Below are positions 36,042-46,285 of a stretch of DNA of 64,000 nt, piece after piece. Within the stretch, counting starts at the first letter, position 1. Every line of letters starts with the position of its first letter. The notes below the pieces were generated by a model. It worked only from the letters and a program-made list of their open reading frames with translations. It ran no database searches and was not told the DNA's origin. Location: positions 12,857 through 76,856 of the forward strand of contig JADCGS010000021.1 of NCBI GenBank assembly GCA_020248865.1. The letters run 5' to 3'. The translations under genes were made by a program, and so were the position numbers. The DNA comes from Burkholderiales bacterium. GTDB taxonomy: Bacteria > Pseudomonadota > Gammaproteobacteria > Burkholderiales > Burkholderiaceae_F.

Positions 36042-37316
36042 TCAGTAGTGCGGCGCGCGCGCCAGCAGCACGGTGGCCGCACGCACCACCAGGTAACCGG
36101 CCCAGTCGGCCAGCCGGGCCGGCAGCCCGCGACGGGCATACAACTGCGCGTCCAGCCGCCGGCTGTCCTGCACGATGGCCTGTTCCAGCTCGGCGCGCAA
36201 GTGGCGGGCAAACCGGGGGTCGAACACGACGACGTTGGCCTCGCGCGCCAGCAGCAGACTGTAGGGGTCGATGTTGGTCGAGCCCACCGTGGCCCAGCGG
36301 TGGTCGATCACCGCCACCTTGGCGTGCAGGAAGCTGGGTACGTACTCGTGGATTTCGATGCCGGCCGCCAGCAGGCCGCCGTACAGCGCGCGCTGCGCGT
36401 GGTGCTGCACGGCATACTCGGCCCGCCCCTGAAGCAGCAGCCGCACACGCACGCCGCGCGCGGCGGCCGCCCGCAGCGCAGCGCGAAAGCGGCGGCCGGG
36501 CAGGAAGTAGGCGTTGGCGATCAGCACCTCGCTGCGCGCGCCCTCGATGGCGCGCAGGTAGGCGCGCTCGATGGTCGTGCGGTTGCGCAGGTTGTCGCGC
36601 AGCAGCAGCGCGGCGCGCGCGCCGTCGACAAAGCGCGGCTGCGCCAGCAACGCGGGCAACGGCTGCCGCTCGCGCCGCCGCAGCAGCGTCCAGCCGAGCG
36701 TGCGCCACAGCCGCTGCACCGCCAGCGCGGCGGCGGCAACGATCGGCCCCTCGCAACGCACCGCAAAGTCGTAGCGCGGGCCGCTGCGGCCGCTGGCGCC
36801 CAGCGGCACCTCGGTGTAGTCGCCAACGATGTTGATGCCGCCGACGAAGGCCACGCGGTCGTCGACCACCAAGATCTTGCGGTGCAGCCGACGCAGCAGC
36901 CGGCGCTCCAGCCGCCACCAGCGCTCGGGCCGGTAGATGCGCACGTCGGCACCGTGCGCGCCGAGCTCGGCCACCAGGCGGCGCGCCGGCTCGCCGCCGC
37001 CGAAGCCGTCGATCAGTACCCGGACCGCCACGCCACGCGCCGCTGCCACGGCCAGCGCCTCGGCCACGCGCACGCCGATGGCGTCGTCGTCGAAGATGTA
37101 GGTCTCCAGATGCACCGAGCGGCGCGCCGACTCGATGGCGGCCAGCAGTTGCGGGAAGTAGGCTTCGCCATTGACCAGCAGCTCGATCCGGTTGCCGGCA
37201 TACACCAGCGGCCGCGCGCTGGCGGCGCGGCGCAGGGTCAGCACGGCGCGGCGGCGCCAGCGCGCCAGCCCGGCCGCGGGGGACACCACGTCTTGGGCTG
37301 GGCCGATCGCGCTCAC
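36042..37316 (-). CDS. clsB: Cardiolipin synthase ClsB-type (phospholipase D family)
   Basis: Two HKD motifs: LHRKILVVDDRVAFVGGINI and LHAKVAVIDHRWATVGSTNID. GTG 37316 overlaps the upstream stop (GTGA). Confidence 0.9.
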   Translation of the reverse strand: MSAIGPAQDVVSPAAGLARWRRRAVLTLRRAASARPLVYAGNRIELLVNGEAYFPQLLAAIESARRSVHLETYIFDDDAIGVRVAEALAVAAARGVAVRVLIDGFGGGEPARRLVAELGAHGADVRIYRPERWWRLERRLLRRLHRKILVVDDRVAFVGGINIVGDYTEVPLGASGRSGPRYDFAVRCEGPIVAAAALAVQRLWRTLGWTLLRRRERQPLPALLAQPRFVDGARAALLLRDNLRNRTTIERAYLRAIEGARSEVLIANAYFLPGRRFRAALRAAAARGVRVRLLLQGRAEYAVQHHAQRALYGGLLAAGIEIHEYVPSFLHAKVAVIDHRWATVGSTNIDPYSLLLAREANVVVFDPRFARHLRAELEQAIVQDSRRLDAQLYARRGLPARLADWAGYLVVRAATVLLARAPHY

Positions 37317-38128
37317 GGCGCCAGTTCGAGCTCGGCGATCAGCGGCGCGTGGTCGGAGCGCCGCGCCCAGGTCAGCCCCTTGGGCACCCGCATCGACAGC
37401 ACCCGAAAGCCGCGCACGTAGATGCGGTCGAGCGTCAGCCAGGGCGCGAAGCTCGGAAAGGTGCGCGCCACGTTGACCTTGGCGTCGTTGCCGCCGCGCC
37501 AGGGCAGCAGGCGGTCGAGGACGCCGCGCTCATCGCCGTTTTGATCGGTGGCCACTTCGTGCAGCCCGAGCCGCCCGCGCAGCACGAGGTCGACGCGCCG
37601 CTGCCAGTCGTTGAAGTCGCCGGCGATGATCAGCGGCGCATGTGCCGGGATCTCCTGCTGCACGAAGTCCACCAGGAAGCTGGCCTGCCGCAGGCGGCTG
37701 CGGTTGATCAGGCCGAAGTGCACGCAGATCAGGTGCACGTCGCGGGTCGGCGCGCCGTGGCCGTCGGTGTGCGCCACCGCATGCAGCAGACCGCGCTTTT
37801 CGAGCGCGTGGTCCGACACATCGTGGTTGGTGAACCGGTGGATCGTCCAGCGCGACAGGATGGCATTGCCGTGGTGGCCGTGCGGATAGACCGCGTTCAT
37901 GCCGTAGGCGCGGTGCCCGTAGCCGGAGGCGGCCAGGTAGTCGAGCTGCGTGCCCTCGTGGTAATTGGGGTGGCGCGCCAGGCGCTCATTGCGGTCCTGC
38001 ACCTCCTGCAGGAACACGATGTCGGCATCGATCGAGTGCAGCGCCAGCCGCACGTCGTGGATGCGCGGCTGGCGGCGGATCTGGGTCAGCCCCTTGTGGA
38101 TGTTGTAGGTGGCAACGCGCACGCGCAT
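37313..38128 (-). CDS. Endonuclease/exonuclease/phosphatase (EEP) family protein (YbhP-like)
   Basis: Start at ATG 38128 (MRVRVATYNIHKG..). FLQEV, ..IIAGDFND.., ..RRSDHAPLIAEL. The position upstream of clsB matches the E. coli ybhP-clsB arrangement. Confidence 0.85.
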   Translation of the reverse strand: MRVRVATYNIHKGLTQIRRQPRIHDVRLALHSIDADIVFLQEVQDRNERLARHPNYHEGTQLDYLAASGYGHRAYGMNAVYPHGHHGNAILSRWTIHRFTNHDVSDHALEKRGLLHAVAHTDGHGAPTRDVHLICVHFGLINRSRLRQASFLVDFVQQEIPAHAPLIIAGDFNDWQRRVDLVLRGRLGLHEVATDQNGDERGVLDRLLPWRGGNDAKVNVARTFPSFAPWLTLDRIYVRGFRVLSMRVPKGLTWARRSDHAPLIAELELAP

Positions 38129-38297
38129 GGAGCGAAGGGGGGATCGTGGTCGGGGAGGGACGGTCGGTGCGCGGTGCTCGTTGAGCCCCGATCGTGAGCG
38201 CAGCGAGGCCGGTCGGGACGCCGCCGCGCCCCGCCGCAAAGATACGCGACCCGCCGGCTGCACCGGGCCGGCGCGCCTCGGCGCCGCTGTTGCACCG

Positions 38298-38423
38298 CCG
38301 CTCGGGGCGGGCCGGTCAGGGGTCCGCTCGGGGCGAGCCGCTCGGGGCGAGCCGCTCGGGGCGAGCCGCTCGGGACGAGCCGCTGAGGGCGAGCCGCTGA
38401 GTTTGAGCCGCTCAGGGCGGGCC
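38298..38423. repeat. 14-bp minisatellite (CCGCTCGGGGCGAG), about 9 degenerate copies
   Basis: Read directly. Three perfect central copies with flanking variants (ccgctcgggacgag, ccgctgagggcgag, ccgctgagtttgag, ccgctcagggcggg). The last copy overlaps the stop of the lipoprotein gene. Confidence 0.9.
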
Positions 38424-39950
38424 AGTCAGCGCAAAGTAGCGCTCCAGCAGCCGCGGGTCGTCGAAGTGGCGGCGCCCGACGAAGGCAGTGGCGTGCCGGC
38501 CCCACTGGCGCATCTGGCCGGCGCTGCGAATGCCCATCGGCCAGAACAGCCAGCGCTCGGCGCGCTCGGTGCCGGCGATCAGCCCGTCGGGACCGAAGGC
38601 GCTGCGCCGGCCGCCGGCCGGCAGCGGCAGCGAGCGCAACTCGTCGTCGTCGCGCAGCGCGTAGGCGAGCGCCGCCGGCCCGGCGCCATCGGCCGCCACC
38701 ACGCTGACGCGCTGCAGGTAGTGCGTGCCGGCCGCCAGCCGCAGCAGCACGCGCTCACCGGCGGCCACGTCGAGCCGGCCGGCCTGCGGCATGAACAGCG
38801 TCTCGTCGAGCGCGCCCTCCTCGCCGCCGTCGGCGCGCCGCCGCGGCGGCGGCCGCGGCTCGACCCGGCTGGAGGCAAAGAACAGGTGGTAGCAGCCGCA
38901 GGGATGGATGCTGTCGAACACCAGCGGCGTGCCGTCGGCGGCCAGGGTCACGCGCCACATCAGACCGTCGAGCGCGCCGGCCAGCAGGTCGAGCGGGCCC
39001 GCCGCCGGCCGCCGCGCAAACCAGAAGCCGTAGACGAGCTGCAGGTGGGCGCGGCCCTGCAGCAGCGCGTAGCTGGTGCGCACGTAGGCCACCGGCTGCG
39101 ACGGATCGGTGGCGACCCGCGGGCGGCCGTCGGCCTCGACCCAGCGCAGGGCGCCGGGGTCGTCGGCGTCGGTGGCGCGGTCGATCTGCAGCAGCGGCGC
39201 GTGCTGCGCGATGAGCGTGCGCAGGCGGGCGTCGTCGAGCGCCGGCAGGCCGAGCTGCGGCGCCTGCGGCAGGCGCGGCAGCGGGCCGGCGGGTGCGGCC
39301 GGCGCGTACCGGCGCAACTCGCCCTGCAGCGGCAGGTCGGACTCGGGCGTGGCGAACGCCGCCTCGGTGGCGCGCTGCCATTGCCGCACGCCGGCCGCAA
39401 ACGGCAGCCGCGCGAGCGCGTACAGGCCCAGACCGCGCAGCGCCGGCGAGTAGTCATCGGGCACCACGGCGGCCGCGTGCAGCAAGGTGCGTGCCGCGGG
39501 CGTCTCGTCGGCCAGCGCCAGCACCGTGCGGCAGGTTTCGACCACGGCCGCCGGCGCCGCGTCGGCATGGGTCAGCTCGAGCCGGCGCGCCTGCTGGTCG
39601 AGTTGCGCAAGCAGGCCGGTCCAGGCGGCAAAGCGCGGATCGTGCGCCGGCGGCGGCGCCAGCGCCGCGGTCAGGCGGTCGGCGCGCAGGTAAGGAAAGC
39701 CCGCCACCGGCGCGCTCTGGCCGTCGCGCACGCCGGCCGCGTCGATGCGGCGATCAACCTCCTGCAGCAGGCGGGCGCAGCGGCCCACGTCATCCGTCCG
39801 CTGCAGGTGCTGCGCGGCCGGCGCCGCACGGTACGGGTCGAGGCCGGCGCAGCCTGTCAGCAGCAGCGCGGCCAGCGCGAGCAGCAGCGGGCGCCGCGCC
39901 GGTGCGGCCCGCCCGCTTGCCCGCCGCTGACCGGCACGCTCGCTCACCAT
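38412..39950 (-). CDS. Predicted lipoprotein of unknown function
   Basis: 512-aa ORF with high GC3. Lipobox LLLALAALLLTGCAG. No family recognised by eye. Confidence 0.6.
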   Translation of the reverse strand: MVSERAGQRRASGRAAPARRPLLLALAALLLTGCAGLDPYRAAPAAQHLQRTDDVGRCARLLQEVDRRIDAAGVRDGQSAPVAGFPYLRADRLTAALAPPPAHDPRFAAWTGLLAQLDQQARRLELTHADAAPAAVVETCRTVLALADETPAARTLLHAAAVVPDDYSPALRGLGLYALARLPFAAGVRQWQRATEAAFATPESDLPLQGELRRYAPAAPAGPLPRLPQAPQLGLPALDDARLRTLIAQHAPLLQIDRATDADDPGALRWVEADGRPRVATDPSQPVAYVRTSYALLQGRAHLQLVYGFWFARRPAAGPLDLLAGALDGLMWRVTLAADGTPLVFDSIHPCGCYHLFFASSRVEPRPPPRRRADGGEEGALDETLFMPQAGRLDVAAGERVLLRLAAGTHYLQRVSVVAADGAGPAALAYALRDDDELRSLPLPAGGRRSAFGPDGLIAGTERAERWLFWPMGIRSAGQMRQWGRHATAFVGRRHFDDPRLLERYFALTGPP

Positions 39951-39977
39951 GCCCGGAAGATACCCGGCCGGCCGCCG

Positions 39978-40592
39978 TCAGCGCGGCGCGGCGTGGCGCC
40001 GCTCGATCTCGGCCACCAGCGCCTCGAACTGCTCGCGCATCGCATGGCGCACGCCGAGCGTGCCCAACACGGCGGGCAGCGCCGGCACCAGCTCGAACTG
40101 CGCCTCGTAGCGCAGCAGCGCGCCGGCCGGGCTCGGCTGCAGCTCGTAGCGGCTGCGCAGGTCGAGCACGGCCGAGCCGTCGGGCCGCTCGCGCGAACCG
40201 CCTGCGGCGAGCACGCGCAGCGGCGGCTCGTGGACCACCGCCAGGCGCAGCCGCACCGCGCGGCGCAGGAACAGATAGCGGTACTGACCGTCGTAGTCGA
40301 CCGTCAGGTGCGAGCCGTTGCGCTCGACCACCTGCACCCGGTGCAGGTCGGGCACGAACTGCGGCAGCCGCTCGTAGTCGGTCAGGGTGTCCCAGGCCGG
40401 CAGCGGCAGCGCTTCCAGCAGCGCCTGGGCCTGCACGAGGTAGCGCTCGCCCACGCGCTGCACCTGCACCTGGGCGCGCCCGGACTCGGCTCGCGCCGGC
40501 CGCGCCGGCCAGGCTTCAAGCGCCGGCAGCGCGATCGCCCAGGCGACGAATCGCCTGCGCGTTGGTCCAGGAGAAGCAAGCGTCGGCGGCAT
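39978..40592 (-). CDS. SRPBCC (START / polyketide-cyclase-like) family protein with Tat-like signal
   Basis: MPPTLASPGPTRRRFVAWAIALPALEA.. then SRPBCC-like sequence (..DYERLPQFVPDLHRVQVVERNGSHLTVDY..). With ATG 40592 it overlaps the nudB 3' end by 77 nt, so the start is uncertain. Confidence 0.6.
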   Translation of the reverse strand: MPPTLASPGPTRRRFVAWAIALPALEAWPARPARAESGRAQVQVQRVGERYLVQAQALLEALPLPAWDTLTDYERLPQFVPDLHRVQVVERNGSHLTVDYDGQYRYLFLRRAVRLRLAVVHEPPLRVLAAGGSRERPDGSAVLDLRSRYELQPSPAGALLRYEAQFELVPALPAVLGTLGVRHAMREQFEALVAEIERRHAAPR

Positions 40593-40968
40593 CGCGCCAG
40601 TCGAGCCAGCGCCAGGCGCGGTGCTCGCGCGGGGCCAGTTGCGGGGTGAAGCGCCCGGAGACCTGCAGGCCGAAGACATGCTCGACATTGTGGGTCACGC
40701 CGGGCGCGTAGCGGTGCCGCCATTGCGGAAAGATCGCGTAGCGATGCACCCGCCGCCAGTCGTCAAAGGCCGCCGCCGGCGCCGCATGACCGGTCTCCTC
40801 CGCCACTTCGCGCGCACAGGTGACCGCCAGCGGCTCGTCCGGCGTGGCGCGGCTGCCGGTGACCGACTGCCAGAAGCCGGGGTGATCGACCCGCTCCAGC
40901 AGCAGCACGTCCAGCGCGCCGGTGTGGATGACCACCAGCACCGACTCGGGGATCTTGTGGCCGGTCAC
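40516..40968 (-). CDS. nudB: Nudix hydrolase, dihydroneopterin triphosphate pyrophosphatase-like
   Basis: GTG 40968 (VTGHKIPESVLVVIHT). Nudix box GFWQSVTGSRATPDEPLAVTCAREVAEETG. Located directly downstream of aspS, as is typical for nudB. Confidence 0.8.
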   Translation of the reverse strand: MTGHKIPESVLVVIHTGALDVLLLERVDHPGFWQSVTGSRATPDEPLAVTCAREVAEETGHAAPAAAFDDWRRVHRYAIFPQWRHRYAPGVTHNVEHVFGLQVSGRFTPQLAPREHRAWRWLDWRDAADACFSWTNAQAIRRLGDRAAGA

Positions 40969-41078
40969 GGCAGCGGTGGCGGGACGCAGCAGCGGGGCGC
41001 CGGATCGAGGGCGGTGCAGTGCGGGCGCGGCGCGATGCACCGGCGCGTCGTGCAGCAAGACGCGCCGGTGACCCGCGC

Positions 41079-42878
41079 TCAGCCCGGCTCGGCCACCTGC
41101 GGCGGGTTGCGCAGCCTGATGTGCAGCTCGCGCAACTGCTTCTCGTCGACCTCGCTGGGCGCCTGGGTGAGCAGGCACTGCGCGCGCTGAGTCTTGGGGA
41201 AGGCGATCACCTCGCGCAGGCTGTCGGCGCCGGCCATCAGCATCACGAAGCGATCCAGCCCCAGCGCGATGCCGCCGTGCGGCGGCGCGCCGTACTGCAG
41301 CGCGTCCAGCAGGAAGCCGAACTTCTTGCGCTGGTCCGCCGGCCCGATCTTCAGCGCGCGGAACACCTTTTCCTGCACCTGCGCGCGGTGGATCCGCACG
41401 CTGCCGCCGCCCAGCTCGATGCCGTTGAGCACCATGTCGTACGCCTTGGCCCGACACCGCGCCGGGTCGGTCTCCAGCCAGTCCTCGTGGCCGTCCTTGG
41501 GGCTGGTGAACGGGTGGTGCGCGGCGACGAAGCGGTCTTCGTCCTCGTCGTACTCGAAGCTGGGGAAGTCGATCACCCACAGCGGGCGCCAGCCCTGCAC
41601 CGACAGCCCGTGCGCGCGGCCGAACTCGCTGTGGCCGATCTTCACGCGCAGCGCGCCCAGCGCGTCGGCCACCACCTTGGCGCGGTCGGCCCCGAAGAAG
41701 ACGAGGTCGCCGTCCTGCGCGCCGCTGCGCTCGACGATGGCGGCCAGCGCGGCGTCGTGCAGGTTCTTCACGATCGGGCTTTGCAGCCCGTCGCGGCCCT
41801 TGGCCTTGTCGTTGACCTTGATGTAGGCGAGCCCCTTGGCGCCGTAGATCTTCACGAATTCGGTGTAGCCGTCGATCTCGCTGCGCGGCATCTGGCCGCC
41901 GCCGGGGATGCGCAGCGCTGCGACCCGGCCATCCTTCAGCTCGGCGGCGGCCTTGAACACCTTGAACTCGACGTCGGCCATCACGTCGGTGAGCTCGGTG
42001 AACTGCAGGCTCACGCGCAGGTCCGGCTTGTCCGAGCCGTACAGGCGCATGGCCTCGTCGTAGGTCATCACCGGGAACGGCGGCAGCTCCACCTGCAGCA
42101 CCGCCTTGAAGACGTGCCGCACCATGTCCTCGAAAATGGCGCGGATCTCCTCCTCGCCGAGGAAGCTCGTCTCGCAGTCGATCTGCGTGAACTCGGGCTG
42201 GCGGTCGGCGCGCAGGTCCTCGTCGCGGAAACACTTGGTGATCTGGTAGTAGCGGTCGAAGCCCGCCACCATCAGCAGCTGCTTGAACAGTTGCGGCGAC
42301 TGCGGCAGCGCGAAGAACATGCCGTCGTGCACGCGACTGGGCACCAGATAGTCGCGCGCGCCCTCCGGCGTGCTCTTGGTGAGCATCGGCGTCTCGATGT
42401 CGACGAAGCCCTTGCCGTCGAGGTACTTGCGCACCTCCATGGAGACCTTGTAGCGCAGCATCAGGTTCTTCTGCATCTGCGGGCGGCGCAGGTCGAGCAC
42501 CCGGTGCGTCAGGCGCGTGACCTCGGACAGGTCCTCGTCGTCGAGCTGGAACGGCGGCGCCACGCTCGGGTTGAGGATCTCCAGGCTCTGGCACAGCACC
42601 TCGATCTGCCCGCTGACGAGGCTGGCGTTGGCCGTCCCCTCGGGCCGCGCGCGCACGAGCCCGGTGATCTGCACGCAGAACTCGTTGCGAATCTTCTCGG
42701 CGGTGGCAAACACCTCGGGCCGGTCGGGGTCGCACACCACCTGCACCAGGCCCTCGCGGTCGCGCAGGTCGATGAAGATGACGCCGCCGTGGTCGCGGCG
42801 GCGGTGGACCCAGCCGAACAGGGTCACGGTCTGGCCGATGAACTTGCTGTCCACCCGGCCGGCATATTCGGTACGCAT
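41079..42878 (-). CDS. aspS: Aspartate--tRNA ligase
   Basis: 599 aa. [43 protein letters not shown].., class II motifs (..[18 protein letters not shown].., ..GGGSVRIH.., ..GIALGLDR..). Confidence 0.97.
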   Translation of the reverse strand: MRTEYAGRVDSKFIGQTVTLFGWVHRRRDHGGVIFIDLRDREGLVQVVCDPDRPEVFATAEKIRNEFCVQITGLVRARPEGTANASLVSGQIEVLCQSLEILNPSVAPPFQLDDEDLSEVTRLTHRVLDLRRPQMQKNLMLRYKVSMEVRKYLDGKGFVDIETPMLTKSTPEGARDYLVPSRVHDGMFFALPQSPQLFKQLLMVAGFDRYYQITKCFRDEDLRADRQPEFTQIDCETSFLGEEEIRAIFEDMVRHVFKAVLQVELPPFPVMTYDEAMRLYGSDKPDLRVSLQFTELTDVMADVEFKVFKAAAELKDGRVAALRIPGGGQMPRSEIDGYTEFVKIYGAKGLAYIKVNDKAKGRDGLQSPIVKNLHDAALAAIVERSGAQDGDLVFFGADRAKVVADALGALRVKIGHSEFGRAHGLSVQGWRPLWVIDFPSFEYDEDEDRFVAAHHPFTSPKDGHEDWLETDPARCRAKAYDMVLNGIELGGGSVRIHRAQVQEKVFRALKIGPADQRKKFGFLLDALQYGAPPHGGIALGLDRFVMLMAGADSLREVIAFPKTQRAQCLLTQAPSEVDEKQLRELHIRLRNPPQVAEPG

Positions 42879-43134
42879 TGCAATCCTTCGGAAGTGGCGC
42901 GGCGCGCGCGTGGTGTTTCGTTTCAGGGGCGAGGCGCCCGGTCGATGCGGGGTCGGGCCGGCGCAGGCGCTCGACGGCGCGCCGGCCCTAGCGGTTTCGA
43001 TGCGGCCGGTGCGCGGGCAGGCGACGTCGCGCCGGCGCGCAGCGCGCAGCGCAGGGCAGGAGAGTCGGCGGCGTCTTCACGGGACGAAACTTAGCAGGCC
43101 GCAGGCGCGGCGCTCAACCGCCGCCCCGGCAGGG

Positions 43135-43797
43135 TCAGGTGGCCGGCGGCCCGGCGCCCGCGGCGCCGGCGGCCGGGCGGGTCAGGGCCGAAGCGCGTCC
43201 GCGTGTGCCGCTCGGCGTGACCACGCCGAGGGAGACGATGAACTTCAGCGCCTCGTCCACGCTCATCTCGCACTCCCGCACCTCGTGCGGCGGCACCATG
43301 ATGGTGTAACCGGAGGTCGGGTTGGGCGCGGTCGGTACGAACACGGTCACCACGTCGTCGCCCAGCACCTCCTGGATGGCCGCGCCCGGACTGCCGACCA
43401 GCAGGCCGATCGACCACTGGCCGCGCTGTGGGAACTCGACCAGCACCGCCTTGCGGAAGGCGTTGCCCTGGGGCGAGAGCATGGTGTCGGACACCTGCTT
43501 GACGCTGGAGTAGATGCTGCGCACGACGGGGATGCGCGACAGCAGCTCCTCCCACCAGCGCACCAGCCGCGCGCCGATGATGTTGGCCGCCAGCAGGCCG
43601 GTCACGAGCACGGTGAGCACCGTCAGGATCAGTCCGAAGCCCGGCAGATGGAAACCGAGCAGCGTGTCCGGATGCCACGACGCGGGCAACAGCAGCAGCG
43701 TGCGGTCGAGGGTGCTGAGCACGATCTCGAGCACCCACAGCGTGATGGCCAGCGGCAGCCAGATCAGCAGCCCGGTGATGAAGTAGCGGCGGAGCAT
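43135..43797 (-). CDS. DUF502-family membrane protein
   Basis: MLRRYFITGLLIWLPLAITLWVLEIVLSTLD.. ; ..PTAPNPTSGY.. motif typical of DUF502. Confidence 0.85.
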   Translation of the reverse strand: MLRRYFITGLLIWLPLAITLWVLEIVLSTLDRTLLLLPASWHPDTLLGFHLPGFGLILTVLTVLVTGLLAANIIGARLVRWWEELLSRIPVVRSIYSSVKQVSDTMLSPQGNAFRKAVLVEFPQRGQWSIGLLVGSPGAAIQEVLGDDVVTVFVPTAPNPTSGYTIMVPPHEVRECEMSVDEALKFIVSLGVVTPSGTRGRASALTRPAAGAAGAGPPAT

Positions 43798-43946
43798 CGG
43801 CGCGGGTTCCCGGCCCCCGGAAGGGTCGGCTCAGAAAGCAAAAGCCGCGGCAGGGGCCGCGGCCGGGCGGGGATCGACCGGGGTTACACCCGGTGGACGA
43901 CGGGCGCCCCTGTAGCGGCCCGGCGGGGGCAGCGGGCCGCCTGCGC

Positions 43947-43989
43947 GCTGCGCGCTCAGGGATTCGCCCTTGGGGCGGCCCGGCGGGCT
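43947..43989. repeat. Dispersed REP-like element (inverse-orientation copy of the 60-bp unit at 59968-60146)
   Basis: gctgcgcgctcagggattcgcccttggggcggcccggcgggct matches the reverse complement of the 60-bp tandem unit with 2 mismatches. It abuts the fmdB-like stop codon. Confidence 0.8.
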
Positions 43990-44366
43990 CATGGCGTCGG
44001 CTGGCTGGTCCCGCCGGCTGCCGGGGCCGGGCTGCTGCCCGCGCTGCTGGTGGTGCTGCCGCTGCCGGCGGCGGTGGCACCGTCGGCCTTGGCCGGGGCG
44101 TCGCTCTGGGCAGCCGTCTCGGCTGGTGTGCCGTCCGGCTTGCCGGCGCTCTTGCCGTCGGGCTTGCTGTCTTTCTTGGCGCCGTTGTCGCGAAAGTCGG
44201 TGACGTACCAGCCGCTGCCCTTGAGCTGGAAGCCGGCGGCGGTGACCTGCTTGGCAAAGCTCGCCTGCCCGCAGGCCGGGCAGAGCGTCAGCGGGTCTTC
44301 GGAGATCTTCTGCAGCACGTCCTGCTGGTGGCCGCAGGACGAACATTTGTAGGCGTAAATGGGCAT
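43989..44366 (-). CDS. FmdB-family zinc-ribbon protein
   Basis: MPIYAYKCSSCGHQQDVLQKISEDPLTLCPACG (CxxC...CxxC). Low-complexity tail. Confidence 0.85.
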   Translation of the reverse strand: MPIYAYKCSSCGHQQDVLQKISEDPLTLCPACGQASFAKQVTAAGFQLKGSGWYVTDFRDNGAKKDSKPDGKSAGKPDGTPAETAAQSDAPAKADGATAAGSGSTTSSAGSSPAPAAGGTSQPTP

Positions 44367-44650
44367 CGGTGCATCCTCGCGCGTCGCGCCGCCTTGCGTC
44401 GGAATGACGTCTCGCGCAAGCGGCGCAAAGTATAGGGGCCGCGGCGGCGCTCTTCCGTGGGGGCCACGGTCATGTCGGCGCGCCGCGCCGAGCCCGATCT
44501 GGGGCTGGCGTGGCCTGTGTCAAGCCCCGCGGTCTGCGCGGCCTGGGTCGGCCGAGGCGCCGGTCCGTTTGCCTGCCGCGCCGGGCTGGCCGATCATGGC
44601 GACACCGCCCGCCGGCCGGCCGGCGTCCACTCCCCCTGCCGAGATTTGTC

Positions 44651-46243
44651 ATGCGCATGAGTCTGCCCGCCTGGGTTCGCCTGGCCGCCCTTGCCCTGGC
44701 GGCGGCGCTCGTACTGCTGGCCCCGCCGGGTTCTGCCAAGACCCTGCGTCTGGCCAGCGCCTTCGACCCGCAGACGCTCGACCCCCATGCGCTGACGCTG
44801 CTGTATCACTCGCGCGTGATCACCCAGGTCTACGAGGGGCTGGTCAGCCGCGACCGCGACTTCCGGCTGGAGCCGGCGCTGGCGGTGTCCTGGGACAACC
44901 CGAGTCCGACCACCTGGCGGTTTCGCCTGCGGCCCGGCGTGCGCTTTCACGACGGCGCGCCGCTCACGGCCGACGACGTGGTGTTCTCGGTCAACCGCGC
45001 CATGGCGCGCACCTCGCAGCGCGCCGTGCAACTGCGCGGCATCAACGGCGTGCGGCGGATCGACGACCTGACGGTCGAAGTCCAGCTGGCGGCACCCGAT
45101 GCCGTGCTGCCGGAGAAGTTCTGGCTGGTGGCCATCATGAGCCGCGCCTGGAGCGAGAAAAACGGCGTGGCCCAACCGCAGGACTTCAATGCCCGGCAGG
45201 AGACCTTCGCGGTGCGCAACGCCAACGGCACCGGGCCGTTCGCGCTGCGCAGCTACGAGCCGGATCGCCGTCTGGTGCTCGGCCGCAACCCGGCCTGGTG
45301 GGGCTGGAAAGAGGCCGGGACGGGCAACCTGACCGAGGCCGTCTACGTCGTGATCCAGTCGGATGCCACGCGCCTGGCGGCGCTGGCCTCCGGGGAGGTG
45401 GACTTCGTGATCGACCCGCCGTTCCAGGACGTGGCGCGGCTGCGCGCCGACGGGCGCCTGAAGACGGTGAGCGCCACCGACATCGGCACCCAGTACCTGG
45501 GTTTCGACCAGGCGCGCGACGAGCTGCAATTCGGCGACGTCAAGGGCCGCAACCCGTTCAAGGACCTGCGGGTGCGGCAGGCGGTGTATCACGCGATCGA
45601 TGTGCAACTGATCGTCGACAAGGTGCTGCGCGGTCAGGGCACGGTGACCGGCGCGCACTTCTCGCGGCTGGTCGACGGCGCGCTGCCGGAGCTGGACCGG
45701 CGCCTGCCGCACGACCCGGCGCGGGCGCGGGCGCTGCTGCGCGAGGCCGGCTACCCGGACGGCTTTGCCGTGACGCTGGACTGCGTGAACGTCACCTTCC
45801 GCGCCGCAGTGTGCCAGGCGATTGCCGCCATGCTCACGCAGGTGGGCATTCGCACCACCTTCCAGCCGAGCCCGAGCGCCAGCTTCTTTCCCAAGCTGAC
45901 GCAGGCCAGCGCCAGCTTCTTCGAGTTCGGCTGGTCGCCGGGCGTAGACCCGTGGGCCTCGCTCAATGCCATCCTGCGCAGCTTCGACGGCAGCGGCGCC
46001 GGCACCTTCAACGGCGGTCGCTACTCCAACCCCCGGCTCGATGCGCTGATCGACGCCATCCGCACCGAGCCCGACCTGACCAGGCGGCGCGCCCGCGTGG
46101 CCGAGGCGCTGCGCCTGATCCACGCCGAACTGCCGCTGGTGCCGCTGTATCGCCGCAACCTCACCTGGGTCATGCGGCCCAGCATCACGGCAGTACCCTG
46201 GCCCAACGACGTGCTGGAGCTGCGCTGGGTGCGGGCGGAGTGA
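44651..46243 (+). CDS. ABC transporter substrate-binding protein, family 5 (peptide/nickel type), orphan
   Basis: Start at ATG 44651 (MRMSLPAWVRLAALALAAALVLLAPPGSA, signal). ..FRLRPGVRFHDGAPLTADDVVFS.. is the typical SBP_bac_5 signature region. No permease or ATPase genes are adjacent. Confidence 0.85.
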   Translation: MRMSLPAWVRLAALALAAALVLLAPPGSAKTLRLASAFDPQTLDPHALTLLYHSRVITQVYEGLVSRDRDFRLEPALAVSWDNPSPTTWRFRLRPGVRFHDGAPLTADDVVFSVNRAMARTSQRAVQLRGINGVRRIDDLTVEVQLAAPDAVLPEKFWLVAIMSRAWSEKNGVAQPQDFNARQETFAVRNANGTGPFALRSYEPDRRLVLGRNPAWWGWKEAGTGNLTEAVYVVIQSDATRLAALASGEVDFVIDPPFQDVARLRADGRLKTVSATDIGTQYLGFDQARDELQFGDVKGRNPFKDLRVRQAVYHAIDVQLIVDKVLRGQGTVTGAHFSRLVDGALPELDRRLPHDPARARALLREAGYPDGFAVTLDCVNVTFRAAVCQAIAAMLTQVGIRTTFQPSPSASFFPKLTQASASFFEFGWSPGVDPWASLNAILRSFDGSGAGTFNGGRYSNPRLDALIDAIRTEPDLTRRRARVAEALRLIHAELPLVPLYRRNLTWVMRPSITAVPWPNDVLELRWVRAE

Positions 46244-46285
46244 GGCCGCGCGGAGCACTGTCGGCGGCATCGCGGAGACGGTGGC

